From NCBI GenBank assembly GCA_963733195.1, contig CAVTCR010000074.1, positions 32,001-96,000 of the forward strand: DNA of 64,000 nucleotides. Direction: 5' to 3'. Within the stretch, counting starts at the first letter, position 1. Every line of letters begins with the position of its first letter. The notes beneath the pieces were generated by a model. That model was not told the DNA's origin. It was given only the letters and a program-made list of their open reading frames with translations, and did not search any database. The stretch is from an uncultured delta proteobacterium (lineage in GTDB: Bacteria > Desulfobacterota > Binatia > Bin18). The position numbers and the translations under genes were made by a program. Shown in pieces: positions 21,175 through 31,544 of the stretch.

Positions 21175-21737
21175 ATGGCAGGTGCTGATGAGTCCGAAGG
21201 TATGCTGAAGCCAGCAGATTCACCAACCGACATTCTGGCCCCTGTCTTTGCGAACACGAACCTCTCTCTGCTCGACATGGTCAAGCTCCAAGCCAGGTGC
21301 GCGTTCCTGTACTCAAAGCCTTTCGGGACGAGCTAGGCGCGGCGCGGGCGAATCAGATAGCGAGTACCGCACTGCGCGAGTGGTCACGAAAGCTCTACCG
21401 TGACATCGGTGCGCAGATCTCTGGCAGCCCGCGGCAAAAATGGGAAGCGATCAACACCGCCGCCATCCCGCGGATTGGCAATGCCGTCGATATCGAGATG
21501 CTTAAGCAAGAACCGGACGCCGTAGAGTTCAATATTACCGGGTGCCGCTATGCGGATTTCTTCCGCCAATTGGGAGAACCGGAACTCGGGGCGGTGTTGC
21601 TCTGTGATGTAGATGTTGACATTGAGGCCGTGGGAGGTCCCGAGGTCAAAATGACCCGAACCCAAACGATCATGAAGGGGGCGAAGTATTGTGACTTTCG
21701 CTACCAGCTAAAGACGGGCGGCGGGATGGAGAAGTGA
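21175..21737 (+). CDS. L-2-amino-thiazoline-4-carboxylic acid hydrolase family protein, one frameshift
   Basis: aggagg RBS; FNITGCRYADFF, LLCDVD and RTQTIMKGAKYCDFR. Confidence 0.85.
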
Positions 21738-22076
21738 ATAATCCATGAATTACACGACTTGGAAGGTTAGCGGCGCGAGCCCGTGGAACACGGTTAGAGG
21801 ATCTCTTCCCGGACTCATCCATTCTGAAGAGGAAGGGCACGTGATGCTATCGATCGGTGGGAGTACCAAGCAGCAGAAACGATTCGCAAAGGGCTGCTCT
21901 CGGATCGGGATTTATTTCGGCGGGCGGAAGGGGTTGAGCAATGTCAGTCGGTATGTGACGGGGAATGATTGTCAGTCCGAACACGACGGGGCAAGGAATT
22001 TATGCGAATCAAGTGTGAGCAAGAGCACAAAGGGGAGCAGCATAAGGACAGAGTTTCTTGGTGAAATGAAGACCGC

Positions 22077-22104
22077 TGTCGGGTGGATCAAGACCCACCC
22101 GACA
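22077..22104. repeat. Short REP-like hairpin TGTCGGGTGG...CCACCCGACA
   Basis: 10-bp stem; a second copy lies at 33202-33228. Confidence 0.7.
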
Positions 22105-22115
22105 TAACGACCAGC

Positions 22116-22445
22116 TCACTTATGTTCCATCGCATGCATAGCGATTGAGCTATGTGCAAACGATCCCCCAGCACGCAATGCCATTGCGACGAAAATGCTT
22201 TCTGCAACTTCCTGCTCTGTGGCTCCTGCCGCGATCGCTTTCTTGGTGTGAACGTCAATGCAGTAGGGACACTGTGTTACATGACCGACGGCGATCGCGA
22301 TCAGCTCTTTCGTTTTCACATTCAGTGCGCCTTCTTCAAAAGCTTTCTTGTCGAAGTCAACAAACGCTTTGAAGACATCGGGCTTCAAGTCTCGGAGCTT
22401 CTTTAACTCCTTAGTTCCGTCGGTTGGATACAAATAATCGGCCAT
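22116..22445 (-). CDS. Carboxymuconolactone decarboxylase/AhpD family protein
   Basis: KTKELIAIAV...QCPYCIDVH; aaggagg RBS. Confidence 0.9.
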   Translation of the reverse strand: MADYLYPTDGTKELKKLRDLKPDVFKAFVDFDKKAFEEGALNVKTKELIAIAVGHVTQCPYCIDVHTKKAIAAGATEQEVAESIFVAMALRAGGSFAHSSIAMHAMEHK

Positions 22446-22615
22446 GATTTGTCCTCCTTTCGGTGGGATATTGCATGTTACATGATGCGTGGTACATGAC
22501 ATGCTCGCGTATCACGTATTGCCCTTACACCCAACCCCCAATCCCGGTCTTCGGCCTCTAGCCCCCGCTCTCGTCTTTTCCTATAATCCGCCCGCCGTAT
22601 TCAGAGGGGTGTTCT

Positions 22616-23800
22616 ATGGACTTTGACTATTCGCCACAAGAAGAGTCGTTCCGCACGGAGCTGCGTACCTGGTTGGAGAAGAATCTTCCGGAGGAATACT
22701 ACCCAGAGATGTTTGAGACATTGGGTGAGGAGGAGCGTTTCCAAATCCAACTCAAATGGCAGAAGAAGCTGCACGCGGCTGGCTGGATCGGTGTTCATTG
22801 GCCAAAAGAATATGGTGGTCGTGGCGCGACGGTGGTCGAGCAAGCCATCTATCAACAGGAGATGGCACGGGTGCGTGCGCCTGGTGTAGCCAATCCGCTA
22901 GGTATTTCTATCGTCGGTCCGACACTGATGCACTGGGGTACTGAAGAGCAAAAGAAGCGCTACGTGCCGAAAATTCTCAGTGCGGAAGAGATTTGGTGCC
23001 AGGGGTACTCTGAGCCAGGTTCAGGATCTGACTTCGCTTCGTTGCAAACGCGGGCGGTTGAAGACGGTGATTACTTTGTTATTAACGGTCAAAAAGTCTG
23101 GACCAGCTACGCGCATAAAGCGCATCGTTGCATCCTCGTCGTTCGCACTGATCTTGACGCGCCGAAACACAAGGGATTATCTTATCTCTTAGTAGACATG
23201 AAATCACCCGGCGTGACTGTACGACCATTGGTGCAAATTACTGGTGATGCGGAGTTTAATGAAGTCTTCTTTGAAGATGTGCGTGTGCCTAAAGCGAATA
23301 TCGTTGGCGAGAAGAACCAAGGCTGGCAAGTTGCTGTGACTACGCTCATGTTCGAGCGCGTCAATTTCAGCGTCATTTATCAAATGGAGCCTATGTTGCG
23401 GCGGTTGGGTGATCTCGCCAAACGATTACGGGTAAACGGCTACACGGCAGCAGAAGATCCAGCCGTGCGACAGAAGCTGGCGCAATTCTCACTAGAAGCG
23501 CAGGCCATTAAGCTCAATGGCTTTAGGCAACTGACCAAGCAACTCAAAGGCAATCCACCCGGCCCGGAAGGTTCGATCGGCAAACTCGCAGCCAGTGAGT
23601 TATATATTCGGATTGCGCACTTCGCGGCGGAAATGCTGGGACCATATAGCCAGATGGCATTAGGAGAAGAGCGCGGATTCGATGGTGGGTATTGGTCACA
23701 ACGAGCGCTGGCCTCGCGGTTGTATACCATCGCCGGTGGGACCTCAGAAGTGATGCGGAACATCGTCGGGGATCGCGTCCTTGCACTACCAAAGGGATGA
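22616..23800 (+). CDS. Acyl-CoA dehydrogenase
   Basis: WCQGYSEPGSGSD, NGQKVWTS, FNEVFF and IAGGTSEV. Confidence 0.93.
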   Translation: MDFDYSPQEESFRTELRTWLEKNLPEEYYPEMFETLGEEERFQIQLKWQKKLHAAGWIGVHWPKEYGGRGATVVEQAIYQQEMARVRAPGVANPLGISIVGPTLMHWGTEEQKKRYVPKILSAEEIWCQGYSEPGSGSDFASLQTRAVEDGDYFVINGQKVWTSYAHKAHRCILVVRTDLDAPKHKGLSYLLVDMKSPGVTVRPLVQITGDAEFNEVFFEDVRVPKANIVGEKNQGWQVAVTTLMFERVNFSVIYQMEPMLRRLGDLAKRLRVNGYTAAEDPAVRQKLAQFSLEAQAIKLNGFRQLTKQLKGNPPGPEGSIGKLAASELYIRIAHFAAEMLGPYSQMALGEERGFDGGYWSQRALASRLYTIAGGTSEVMRNIVGDRVLALPKG

Positions 23801-23908
23801 AAGTAATGAGCTATGAGTAATGAGCGACGACTGAAGAAGGGGGGAAGGTCTTGGTTTTTCCACTGGATGCTCGGAGCTCAGTCCTCATAGCTATTTTAAG
23901 GGGGAATC

Positions 23909-25042
23909 ATGAATTTCGGTTTTACAGAAGATCAAGAAGCACTGCGCGAGGCAACACGGAAGTTCCTCGATAACGAATGCCCAACCACATTCGTGCGCAA
24001 AATGATGGCTGATGACACAGCGCATGCAACTGAGCTGTGGAAGAAGATCGCTCAGCTTGGCTGGTTAGGTATTATCGTGCCAGAAGACTTCGGTGGCAGC
24101 GGTGGCAGCTTCCTCGATCTCGTGGTGATTTTGGAAGAAGCAGGCAAATCGCTGTTGCCTGGGCCGTTCTTTGCCTCGGCGCTGTTAGGGACAACGACAA
24201 TCTTAGGTGGAGGTTCAACCAGTCAGAAAGAGGCTTTACTGCCTAAGATTGTCGAAGGAAATCATATTGTGACGTTAGCGTTAGCTGAGAAGAGCGGGCG
24301 TTATGATGCCGAGGGAGTGAAGTTGTTAGCAGAAGCAAAAGGCAATGACTTCGTGCTCTCAGGTGAGAAGATGTTCGTGCCGGACGCACATGTCTCTGAC
24401 CAGATCATTGTTGCTGCGCGCACTGGTGGCAAGGGAGAAGATGGGATCACGTTGTTTCTTGTTGATGCCAAGACACCGGGCGTGAGCATCTCACAACTTA
24501 AGACTGTCGATATGACTCGCCGTCAGTGCCATGTCGCATTACAGGATGTTCCTGTGGCGCGGGCGCAGGTGCTAGGCGAAGTGGGCAAAGGATGGCCGGT
24601 ACTTCGTCGCGTGCTCGATCAAGCGATGGCTGGGCTCTGTGCTGAGATGATCGGAGTTGGGCAACAAGCGCTTGATATGGCGGTCAGCTATGCCAAAGAA
24701 CGCGTCCAGTTCGGCAAGCCGATCGGTAGTTTCCAAGCCGTAAAACACAAATGCGTCGATATGATGGTGCAAGTGGAGAACGCACGCTCCCTCACCTACT
24801 ATGCAGCGTGGACGGTTGATGAGAATGTCGCCGAAGCAAAACAGGCAGTGCCAATGGCAAAAGCGTATTGCAGTGACATGGGCAAAACCGTGACTAGTGA
24901 GGCGATTCAAGTACATGGGGGTATCGGCTTCACCTGGGAGCATGACATGCATCTTTTCTATCGTCGCGCACTTGCAGGAGAAGCCGCGTTTGGTAGTGCG
25001 CCAGTACATCGGGAAGTAGTGGCGCAGACGCTGAATCTGTAG
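23909..25042 (+). CDS. Acyl-CoA dehydrogenase (probable partner subunit)
   Basis: RVQFGKPIGSFQAVKH and QVHGGIGFTWE; tandem pair typical of heterotetrameric acyl-CoA dehydrogenases. Confidence 0.92.
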   Translation: MNFGFTEDQEALREATRKFLDNECPTTFVRKMMADDTAHATELWKKIAQLGWLGIIVPEDFGGSGGSFLDLVVILEEAGKSLLPGPFFASALLGTTTILGGGSTSQKEALLPKIVEGNHIVTLALAEKSGRYDAEGVKLLAEAKGNDFVLSGEKMFVPDAHVSDQIIVAARTGGKGEDGITLFLVDAKTPGVSISQLKTVDMTRRQCHVALQDVPVARAQVLGEVGKGWPVLRRVLDQAMAGLCAEMIGVGQQALDMAVSYAKERVQFGKPIGSFQAVKHKCVDMMVQVENARSLTYYAAWTVDENVAEAKQAVPMAKAYCSDMGKTVTSEAIQVHGGIGFTWEHDMHLFYRRALAGEAAFGSAPVHREVVAQTLNL

Positions 25043-25120
25043 GGAAGTAGTCAGTAGCCAGTAGAAAGAATATGTAGCCCCATGCTGACTACTGAATGCT
25101 GACTACTAGCTACTTTTTGT

Positions 25121-25981
25121 ATGCACCCTTCCCTTATCCTCCATGGCGGAGCCGGCGCACCAGATCCGACTCAGCACGACGAACGTGAACGTGGTCTGCG
25201 CCGGGCATTTGACGCTGCCTGGGCGATCTTGCAACAGCACGGTTCTGCACTTGATGCGGTTGTACGCGCGGTGAGTGAGCTAGAGAACGAACCTACCTTC
25301 AACGCCGGTATCGGCTCTTGTCTCACCGAAGACGGCGATATCGAGATGGATGCCTCGGTGATGGAAGGCATGATGTTTCGCGTTGGTGCTGTCGGTGCCG
25401 TGCGTACGGTGCGCAATCCAATTCTGCTGGCTCAAGCGATCATGCAATCGCAGCGCCACGTATTTTTTGTCGGTGAAGGCGCGGAACGTTTTGCTCGCGC
25501 CCACGGATTCCCAATTGTTCAGCAAGACGAATTGATCACGCAGCGACAACTTCAACGCTGGCAGGCAAGCCAGCCAGGTTCACCTGGGACCGTTGGGGCA
25601 GTCGCGCGTGATCGTAACGGACATCTGGCAGCTGCAACCTCGACAGGTGGAATGACGAACAAACTCCCAGGCCGTATTGGCGACTCAGCGATCATCGGTG
25701 CCGGGACCTATGCTGATGACAGTTGCGGTGCTGGGTCGGCAACTGGAAAAGGTGAATCGATTATTCGCACAACCCTGACCCGCACGGCGGTTGAGTGGTT
25801 ACGGGATGGGAGAGATCCGATGTGGGCAGCAACGAAAGCGATCGACTTGCTGGAGAAGCGCACACATAGTGAAGCCGGTCTGATTTTGATCGATGCGCTG
25901 GGACGTGTTGGCTATGCGTATAATGCGCCAGCGATGAGTGTGGTGTTTATGGTGGGAGATCTGGTGGTCGTTCATGGTTGA
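25121..25981 (+). CDS. Isoaspartyl peptidase/L-asparaginase (Ntn hydrolase)
   Basis: HGGAG, FNAGIG, MDAS, GTVGAVA autocleavage site, STGG and GRIGDS. Confidence 0.92.
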   Translation: MHPSLILHGGAGAPDPTQHDERERGLRRAFDAAWAILQQHGSALDAVVRAVSELENEPTFNAGIGSCLTEDGDIEMDASVMEGMMFRVGAVGAVRTVRNPILLAQAIMQSQRHVFFVGEGAERFARAHGFPIVQQDELITQRQLQRWQASQPGSPGTVGAVARDRNGHLAAATSTGGMTNKLPGRIGDSAIIGAGTYADDSCGAGSATGKGESIIRTTLTRTAVEWLRDGRDPMWAATKAIDLLEKRTHSEAGLILIDALGRVGYAYNAPAMSVVFMVGDLVVVHG

Positions 25982-26024
25982 CTTTCGGTAATGGAGAATC
26001 GAGTCTAGAATAGACAGAACGACT

Positions 26025-26765
26025 ATGTCTTTCACGACCGACGACTTTCATACTCTTGTTCGCATGGTCGAAGACCACCCTGAATGGCGGGCAGATCTTC
26101 GCCGTCTTCTTTTGACTGACGAGCTGCTGTTGCTGCCGGAGCAAATGGTCCAGTTCCGCGCGCAAACCGAGCTGCAATTCCAGGAACTACGAGGCGCCAT
26201 AACGCGTCTCGTAGAAGCGCAACAACGCACCGAAGCGCGTGTGGAGGCGTTGGCTGAAGCGCAGCTGCAAACTGAAACGCAAATTGCAACGCTCGTAGAA
26301 GCAGGGCAAAAGTTGGTGACTGATGTTGGTACATTAAAAGGCATGAGCCTTGAATATGAGTATCGCAGCAAAGTGTTTGCCTACTTTAGCCGAGTGATCA
26401 ACCGCCCGCACGTGCTTGGTCCCGATGAATTGGCGACCCTCCTATCCGATGCTGTGGATGCCGGAGTGCTCTCTGATACGCAAGCGCATGAAATCTCACT
26501 GGCGGATATTGTTATTCGGGGGAAACGTGGGAAAGGCGGGGCTGACGTCTACCTCGTGGTCGAGGTGTTGTGGGGAGTAGGAGAACAAGAGGTCGATCGT
26601 GCGGTTCAGCGAGCGGCGTTGTTGGCCCAACTTGGTACGCCGGTGATCCCAGTCGTTGCAGGACGGTGGGTGACTCCTGATGCGGCGCGATTTGCGCACG
26701 AGAGCCACGTCTGGCAACTACGGAACGGGTCGGCCATTCCGCCCGCACCTGCTCCGGATGGTTAA
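26025..26765 (+). CDS. Hypothetical protein with heptad coiled-coil repeats
   Basis: L.EAQ..TE repeats; C-terminal ADIVIRG..YLVVEV resembles a PD-(D/E)XK-like fold. Confidence 0.65.
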   Translation: MSFTTDDFHTLVRMVEDHPEWRADLRRLLLTDELLLLPEQMVQFRAQTELQFQELRGAITRLVEAQQRTEARVEALAEAQLQTETQIATLVEAGQKLVTDVGTLKGMSLEYEYRSKVFAYFSRVINRPHVLGPDELATLLSDAVDAGVLSDTQAHEISLADIVIRGKRGKGGADVYLVVEVLWGVGEQEVDRAVQRAALLAQLGTPVIPVVAGRWVTPDAARFAHESHVWQLRNGSAIPPAPAPDG

Positions 26766-26856
26766 CTGCTGTTTGGATGCTGGGTGTGAGGGGTAAGGGT
26801 TGGGAACTGACAACTGACGACTGACAACTTCTTTCGCCCTGTGATTTGTTTGTGCC

Positions 26857-29697
26857 CTAGACTCTAGACCCTAGACTTTCTAACAGCGCCTTCGCCTCTT
26901 GCAAATCTTTCGTATCAAACCCTTCGGTAAACCAGTTGTAAATCTCGGATAACATCTGGTGAGCTTCCTTCTGCTTGCCTTGCTGTTGCCAGAGACGAGC
27001 GAGGCTCGTGGTGGCACGGAGTTCGAGCGACTTCGTCTTCTGTTCGCGAGCCGTCTCAATTGCGTGCTGAAAACAGGCCTCGGCTTCCACTTCAATTTCT
27101 GCTCTTCGCTGGCTGTCCTGCGCTTCCGGATTGCTCCGAGTCTCCGCCAGCAGCAACTCTCCGTTGAGTCGATAGACTTCTTCCTCCCAATACCGGTCGC
27201 CGTACGTGGGGCGAATCGTCAAGGCCTCTTCCAGGACGGTCCAACCTTCCTCGAACTGGCCTGTCTCGATGTACGCCTCAAGCTGCAGGGCCAGCCAATA
27301 CTGTAAGAGGCCTTGTCCGCCTGTGGCGCGCTGAGCGGCCAGCCCTTGCCGCATTTTGGTAATGTCCTCTTCGTGACATCCTTGCCCGGCGAGCGCTGAG
27401 CCCAACATGATAGATAGTTGCGCAACAAAATAGGGCAGGCCAAACTCGGTCGCAAAGGCTATGCAGACTTCAGCCCGCTCTTGGAGGGCCGGCCACTCTC
27501 GGCGAAGATGATGAATTTGGGCTATCGCGGCTAAACCGTATGCCACACTGTTGGCGTGAGAGAGGCCCTGGACAAGCACGAGGGCTTCTTGGGCTCGCGT
27601 GAGTGCCTGATCCGGATACCCCAGTAACCACAAGACCTGCATAGCGTGCAGCCGACAAGCGACTCCGGGGTCCTGTCCGTAGCGGAGAGCATGGGCACGG
27701 TGCCACTGGGGGTCATAGAGTGTGATGCCTTGTTCCACATGAGCGAGCGCCTCCGGATACTCGCCAGTCCATACCCGCGTGTTGCCCTGTACATGGTGCG
27801 CTTCGATGAGCAACTCTGGGTCCTGGGCCTCCCGTGCGATACGGAAAACTTCCTCCGCCAGCTCGCGTGCTTTCTGGTGCTCCGCCCGCATAGAATGATA
27901 GTGCATCAAGCCGCAGAGCACAGGAAAGATTTGCATTTTATCGCTTGTCTGCTCACAGAGTTCCCGCGCACGGTGGAAGGCGTGTTCGACTTCGGGAGAG
28001 GCAAAGCCATGGGTCGCAATACGCAATGCGCCCAAGGTTAGCTGCAAACTGAGTTCTTGCTGCATGCGTTCGGGGGTGTCGGGCAAGGTCTTCAGCAGCG
28101 CCAGACCCGTAGTAAGATGATTGACCGCTTCGGCGTTAGCACTGCGTTGGCTCGCTCGCTGTCCTGCCTGCTGCCAATACGGAATGGCCTGCTCTATTAA
28201 GCCTGCCTCGGTGTAGTGATGCGCGACTAACTCAGGTTGGCTCTCGACGGTCTCGACAAACTGTTCCACTAACACCTGCGCCACCTGTTGATGCAACTGC
28301 TGGCGGCGGCTCTTGAGCAACGACTGATAGGCCGTGTCCTGCACTAGCGCATGTTTGAAGAGATAACGCGCCTGCGGCGGCACGCCACTCTGAAATACGA
28401 GTTCGGCCTCGACTAACTGCTGGAGACTCTGTTGTAACGTCTCTTCGTGCAACGGTGAGACGGCATGGAGCAACTCATAAGTGAATTCGCGTCCCGAGTG
28501 TAGCACCTAGTTGCGCGATCTCTTTGGCCGTTCCGAGTCGATCCAGCCGGGCCATCAGTGCATCCTGCAACGTGGCAGGAATGCCAAGGTAGGGGCGTAT
28601 TGCAATACGCCCCTACATTTTGTTCCACCACCATCTTGGTCAGCTCTTCCACAAACAGCGGCACGCCGTCGGTCTTGCTCGCAATCTGCCGCACGACCTC
28701 TCGCGGTAGCACTTTGTCACCTGTGACCTTTTCCACCATCATTTCTGCGTGGGTTTGCCCCAGCCGACTGAGCGTCAACTGACTGAGATAGGAATGAGAG
28801 CCCCACAGCGGCGTAAACTCCGGTCGGAACGTTAATACCGCTAACAGCTGCGTTGTCGGCACTTGATTCAGGAAGAGTGCGAGCAATTCCAGGGTGGATG
28901 GGTCCGCCCAATGTAAGTCTTCCCAGGCATAAGTCATCGCTTGCTGATTTGCCTCCTCACAGAGCCAAGCGACGAGCGCTTCGTGAGTTTTTTCTTTCTG
29001 TTTTTGCGGGCTGAGGGACAGCGAGGGATGCCCTTCTGGATGGGGTAGCGAGAGGAGTGCGGCGAACAATGGCCAAGTGTCCGCTTGGGGGAAGCGATAA
29101 CCACTGAGTGCCCGCCGGAGTTTCTCCAGCTTGGTGTCCGGTGTCTCTTCGAGATCAAACTTCAGCATCCGTTGAAGGTGGTCGATGATTGGATACAAGG
29201 CGCTATTCTGATGATACGGTGATCAGCGCAACTCCAGACAGCCTGCGCCTTCGTGTTCAACACTATCCTTGAGTGCCTCTACCAAGCGAGATTTGCCAAT
29301 GCCCGGCTCCCCGCTGAGTAAGACGACCTGCCCGGTCCCGTCTTTCACCCGCTCCCAGCGCTCGCGTAACAGGCCAAACTCATGTTCGCGCCCGACAAGC
29401 GGGGTGAGCCCTTTGCGTGCAACCACCTGAAACCGACTCCGGGCTTCGCTCTCCTTGACTATGCGATAAAGCGTTAATGGAGTCGAGACTCCTTTGAGTT
29501 CTGTCTGCCCACGGTCCTCACACTCAAACAAGCCTTCGACCAGGCGATAGGTAGCCGCACTGATGAACACCGTATCAGGCTCAGCTTGCCCTTGGATGCG
29601 AGCCGCAAGGTTGGGCGTCTCACCCAAGGCGAGGAGCTCGCGTTTTTCTCCACCGCCCATCTCGCCTACGACGACTAACCCGGTGTGAATGCCAATA
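26857..29697 (-). pseudogene. Adenylate/guanylate cyclase-AAA ATPase-TPR protein, C-terminal part (frameshifts; disrupted by IS)
   Basis: IGIHTGLVVVG, GETPNLAAR, GEPGIGKS, EDLHWAD, GVPLFVEE, FKHALVQD and WFTEGFDT.DL. Confidence 0.88.
28589..28616. repeat. Perfect 28-bp GTAG-type palindrome inside the cyclase CDS
   Basis: GTAGGGGCGTATTGCAATACGCCCCTAC equals its own reverse complement. Confidence 0.9.
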
Positions 29698-30960
29698 GGA
29701 AAACGAGTGGGTAAAATTTGATATTTTCACAGGGGCGGCAGCATACAGGTGAGGATCTTCAAGCGCAGATACTCTTCGTCGCGCAGGCCATACGCGCGGC
29801 GCTGGATGACCCGAATCTTGTTGTTGAGCCCCTCGACGAAGCCTAGCGAGACGTGTTAGCGGGATGGCAGTACGAGGCGATACCATCCCAATGACGATCG
29901 ATCAACGCGGCGAACTTCTCGTAGGGTTTGAGCCGTTGCCATTTCAGGCTCGCGCGCCAGTGCTCGAAGAAGCGCCGCGCCCAGCACTCGCGCTCGTAGT
30001 CCCAGAGCTGGCCGAAGGACTCCTTGAGAAAGTAGAGGGTGCGCAGCCGCTTGTTCGACGCGAGCAGGACCTTCAAGCTTTGCCGCGCGGCGCTTGTCAG
30101 ATTCTCTCGATGCGAGAGCAGCGTATATTTCTGCCCCTTGATGTAGCGCCGGTCTTTGCCACTGAGCCGCCGATACTCGGCCTTGCGCACCTGAGTCGAG
30201 GGCGTCGCCCAGATGACACAGATGTGAAACTGGTCGAACAGGATCGCCGCTTGCGGCGCATACGTCGTAGTCGCATTGAGAAACGGCTTCCACATGTCCA
30301 TCACCGCCAGCCGAATCCCCGCAGCCTTCCTCTGGCCAAGCCACTCGTAGAACTGCCTCATGCTCGCTTCCGAGCGATCCTCGCCGCCAAACCAGATCGC
30401 TCGCCGTCGGATCAAATCGCTCACCACGATGCGGTAGGTGTGACCTTTGCGAATCGCGATCTCGTCGATGCCGATCACCTGCGGCCCGGGCGTTCCGGCA
30501 TTGGCCACTTGCGCCGTCATGTACTGCTTCTCCAGCGCCTTGACCGTGTCCCAATCCAGGTGCAGTTCCTCGGCAATCTCTTTGATCGTCGCCGAGCGAC
30601 ATCGTTTGCCGACGTAGTGAGCGAAGCGCTGGGTATAGAAGGGGTTGGCGGCCAGAGAATCGAGCCGTTCGCGCTTCACCGTGCCGCAGCTCTTGCACTG
30701 CAGACGCCGAACCTCGAATTCCAGGTAGACGCGGCGATCGCCACAGGACAGATCGCGCACGCGCCGGGTGCGGCGATCGTACCACCCACTGTAAATCCGA
30801 CCACAGCAACCGCAGGCTGTTTTTTTGACCGCCGGACCAGATCAATAACGCACGCCTTCGGATCACCAAAGATCCCGCGTATCGCGGGAGGCGGACGAAA
30901 AGGGAAGGCAACGCATCCACGAGCCGCCGCTTTCGTTTCGTTGAGGTAGCCATGCGCCCA
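29698..30960 (-). mobile_element. ISL3-family transposase remnant (ORF ~30953-29727, frameshifted, terminal IRs not found)
   Basis: Zn finger CGCCG...CKSCG, IGIDE, AVMDMWKPF, FDQFH, EGLNNKI and RRAYG-RDEEYLRLKI. Confidence 0.9.
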
Positions 30961-31142
30961 GCACACACCAACACCTCGCCATCTTCATCAATCGCCAGCC
31001 GTTTGGCCTTGATCAGGTCAGCTTTGAGGTCGTCTACATACGCATCATCGATCCCAAAGCGACGTTTTAAGACCCGGTAGGCAACCCGTTGGTCGCGCTG
31101 GAGCAACTCCAGTACTTGGGTCAGCACCTCATCATAGGTCAT
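30961..31142 (-). pseudogene. N-terminal fragment of the disrupted adenylate cyclase gene
   Basis: MTYDEVLTQVLELLQRDQRVAYRVLKRRF...DEDGEVLV is the usual N-terminus of this cyclase-ATPase family. Confidence 0.75.
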
Positions 31143-31305
31143 GGGTGAACCTCTAGCAGAGTGGGAGTGTCGGTTTGAAGAGCCTCTCTGACCTCTGTAC
31201 TCCTTTGCCTCCCGCGGAGCAAGCAGAACGCCCACTGGTCAGGCGACTGAATCAAACCACACGAGATTCGTCCAGGTGCTCAATCGTCCTTTCCTTATTT
31301 GTCGG

Positions 31306-31495
31306 CTCTGGCATTCTTTTCCCGGTATGCCACTAATAGTCACCGGTTCCTCATTTCTCAGTACATAAACATCCGATTTGCCCACTCTCCGATTCTTCGT
31401 TGCCAATTTTTCTCTTTCGCCGCTTCCCCTCTTAACCTTTTCGCCTTGCCTGCCTGTCCTCTGGCATTCTTTTTAGCAGTATGTCACTAATAATC
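31306..31495 (+). promoter_or_regulatory. Duplicated ~36-bp putative operator (TGGCAT-N12/13-ATGYCA-CTAATA)
   Basis: Copies at 31306-31341 and 31459-31495, upstream of the ThDP enzyme gene. Confidence 0.5.
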
Positions 31496-31544
31496 CTCAG
31501 TTCTCTCGTTCTTCCGAATTTTTACTTTAAGGAGGGTGGACAGC

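Noticed and set aside
21745-22107. 120-aa ORF or integron attC site
   Set aside because: The translation has no recognisable features, and the GTTAG motifs do not fit GTTRRRY with a matching inverse core.
29864-30949. 361-aa plus-strand ORF
   Set aside because: It is the antisense shadow of the GC-rich ISL3 transposase and has no recognisable motifs.
31177-31184. GGCTCTTC on the minus strand as the ISL3 left inverted repeat
   Set aside because: It lies upstream of the cyclase start, ~220 bp from the transposase, with no matching right end; an 8-bp match can be chance.
29856-31235. 459-aa minus-strand ORF as a single protein
   Set aside because: It is a chimera of the cyclase N-terminus and out-of-frame IS sequence.
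31462-31478. Sigma54 promoter (TGGCA...GC)
   Set aside because: GG-to-GC spacing is 11 rather than 10, and the upstream duplicate lacks the GC, so an operator repeat fits better.
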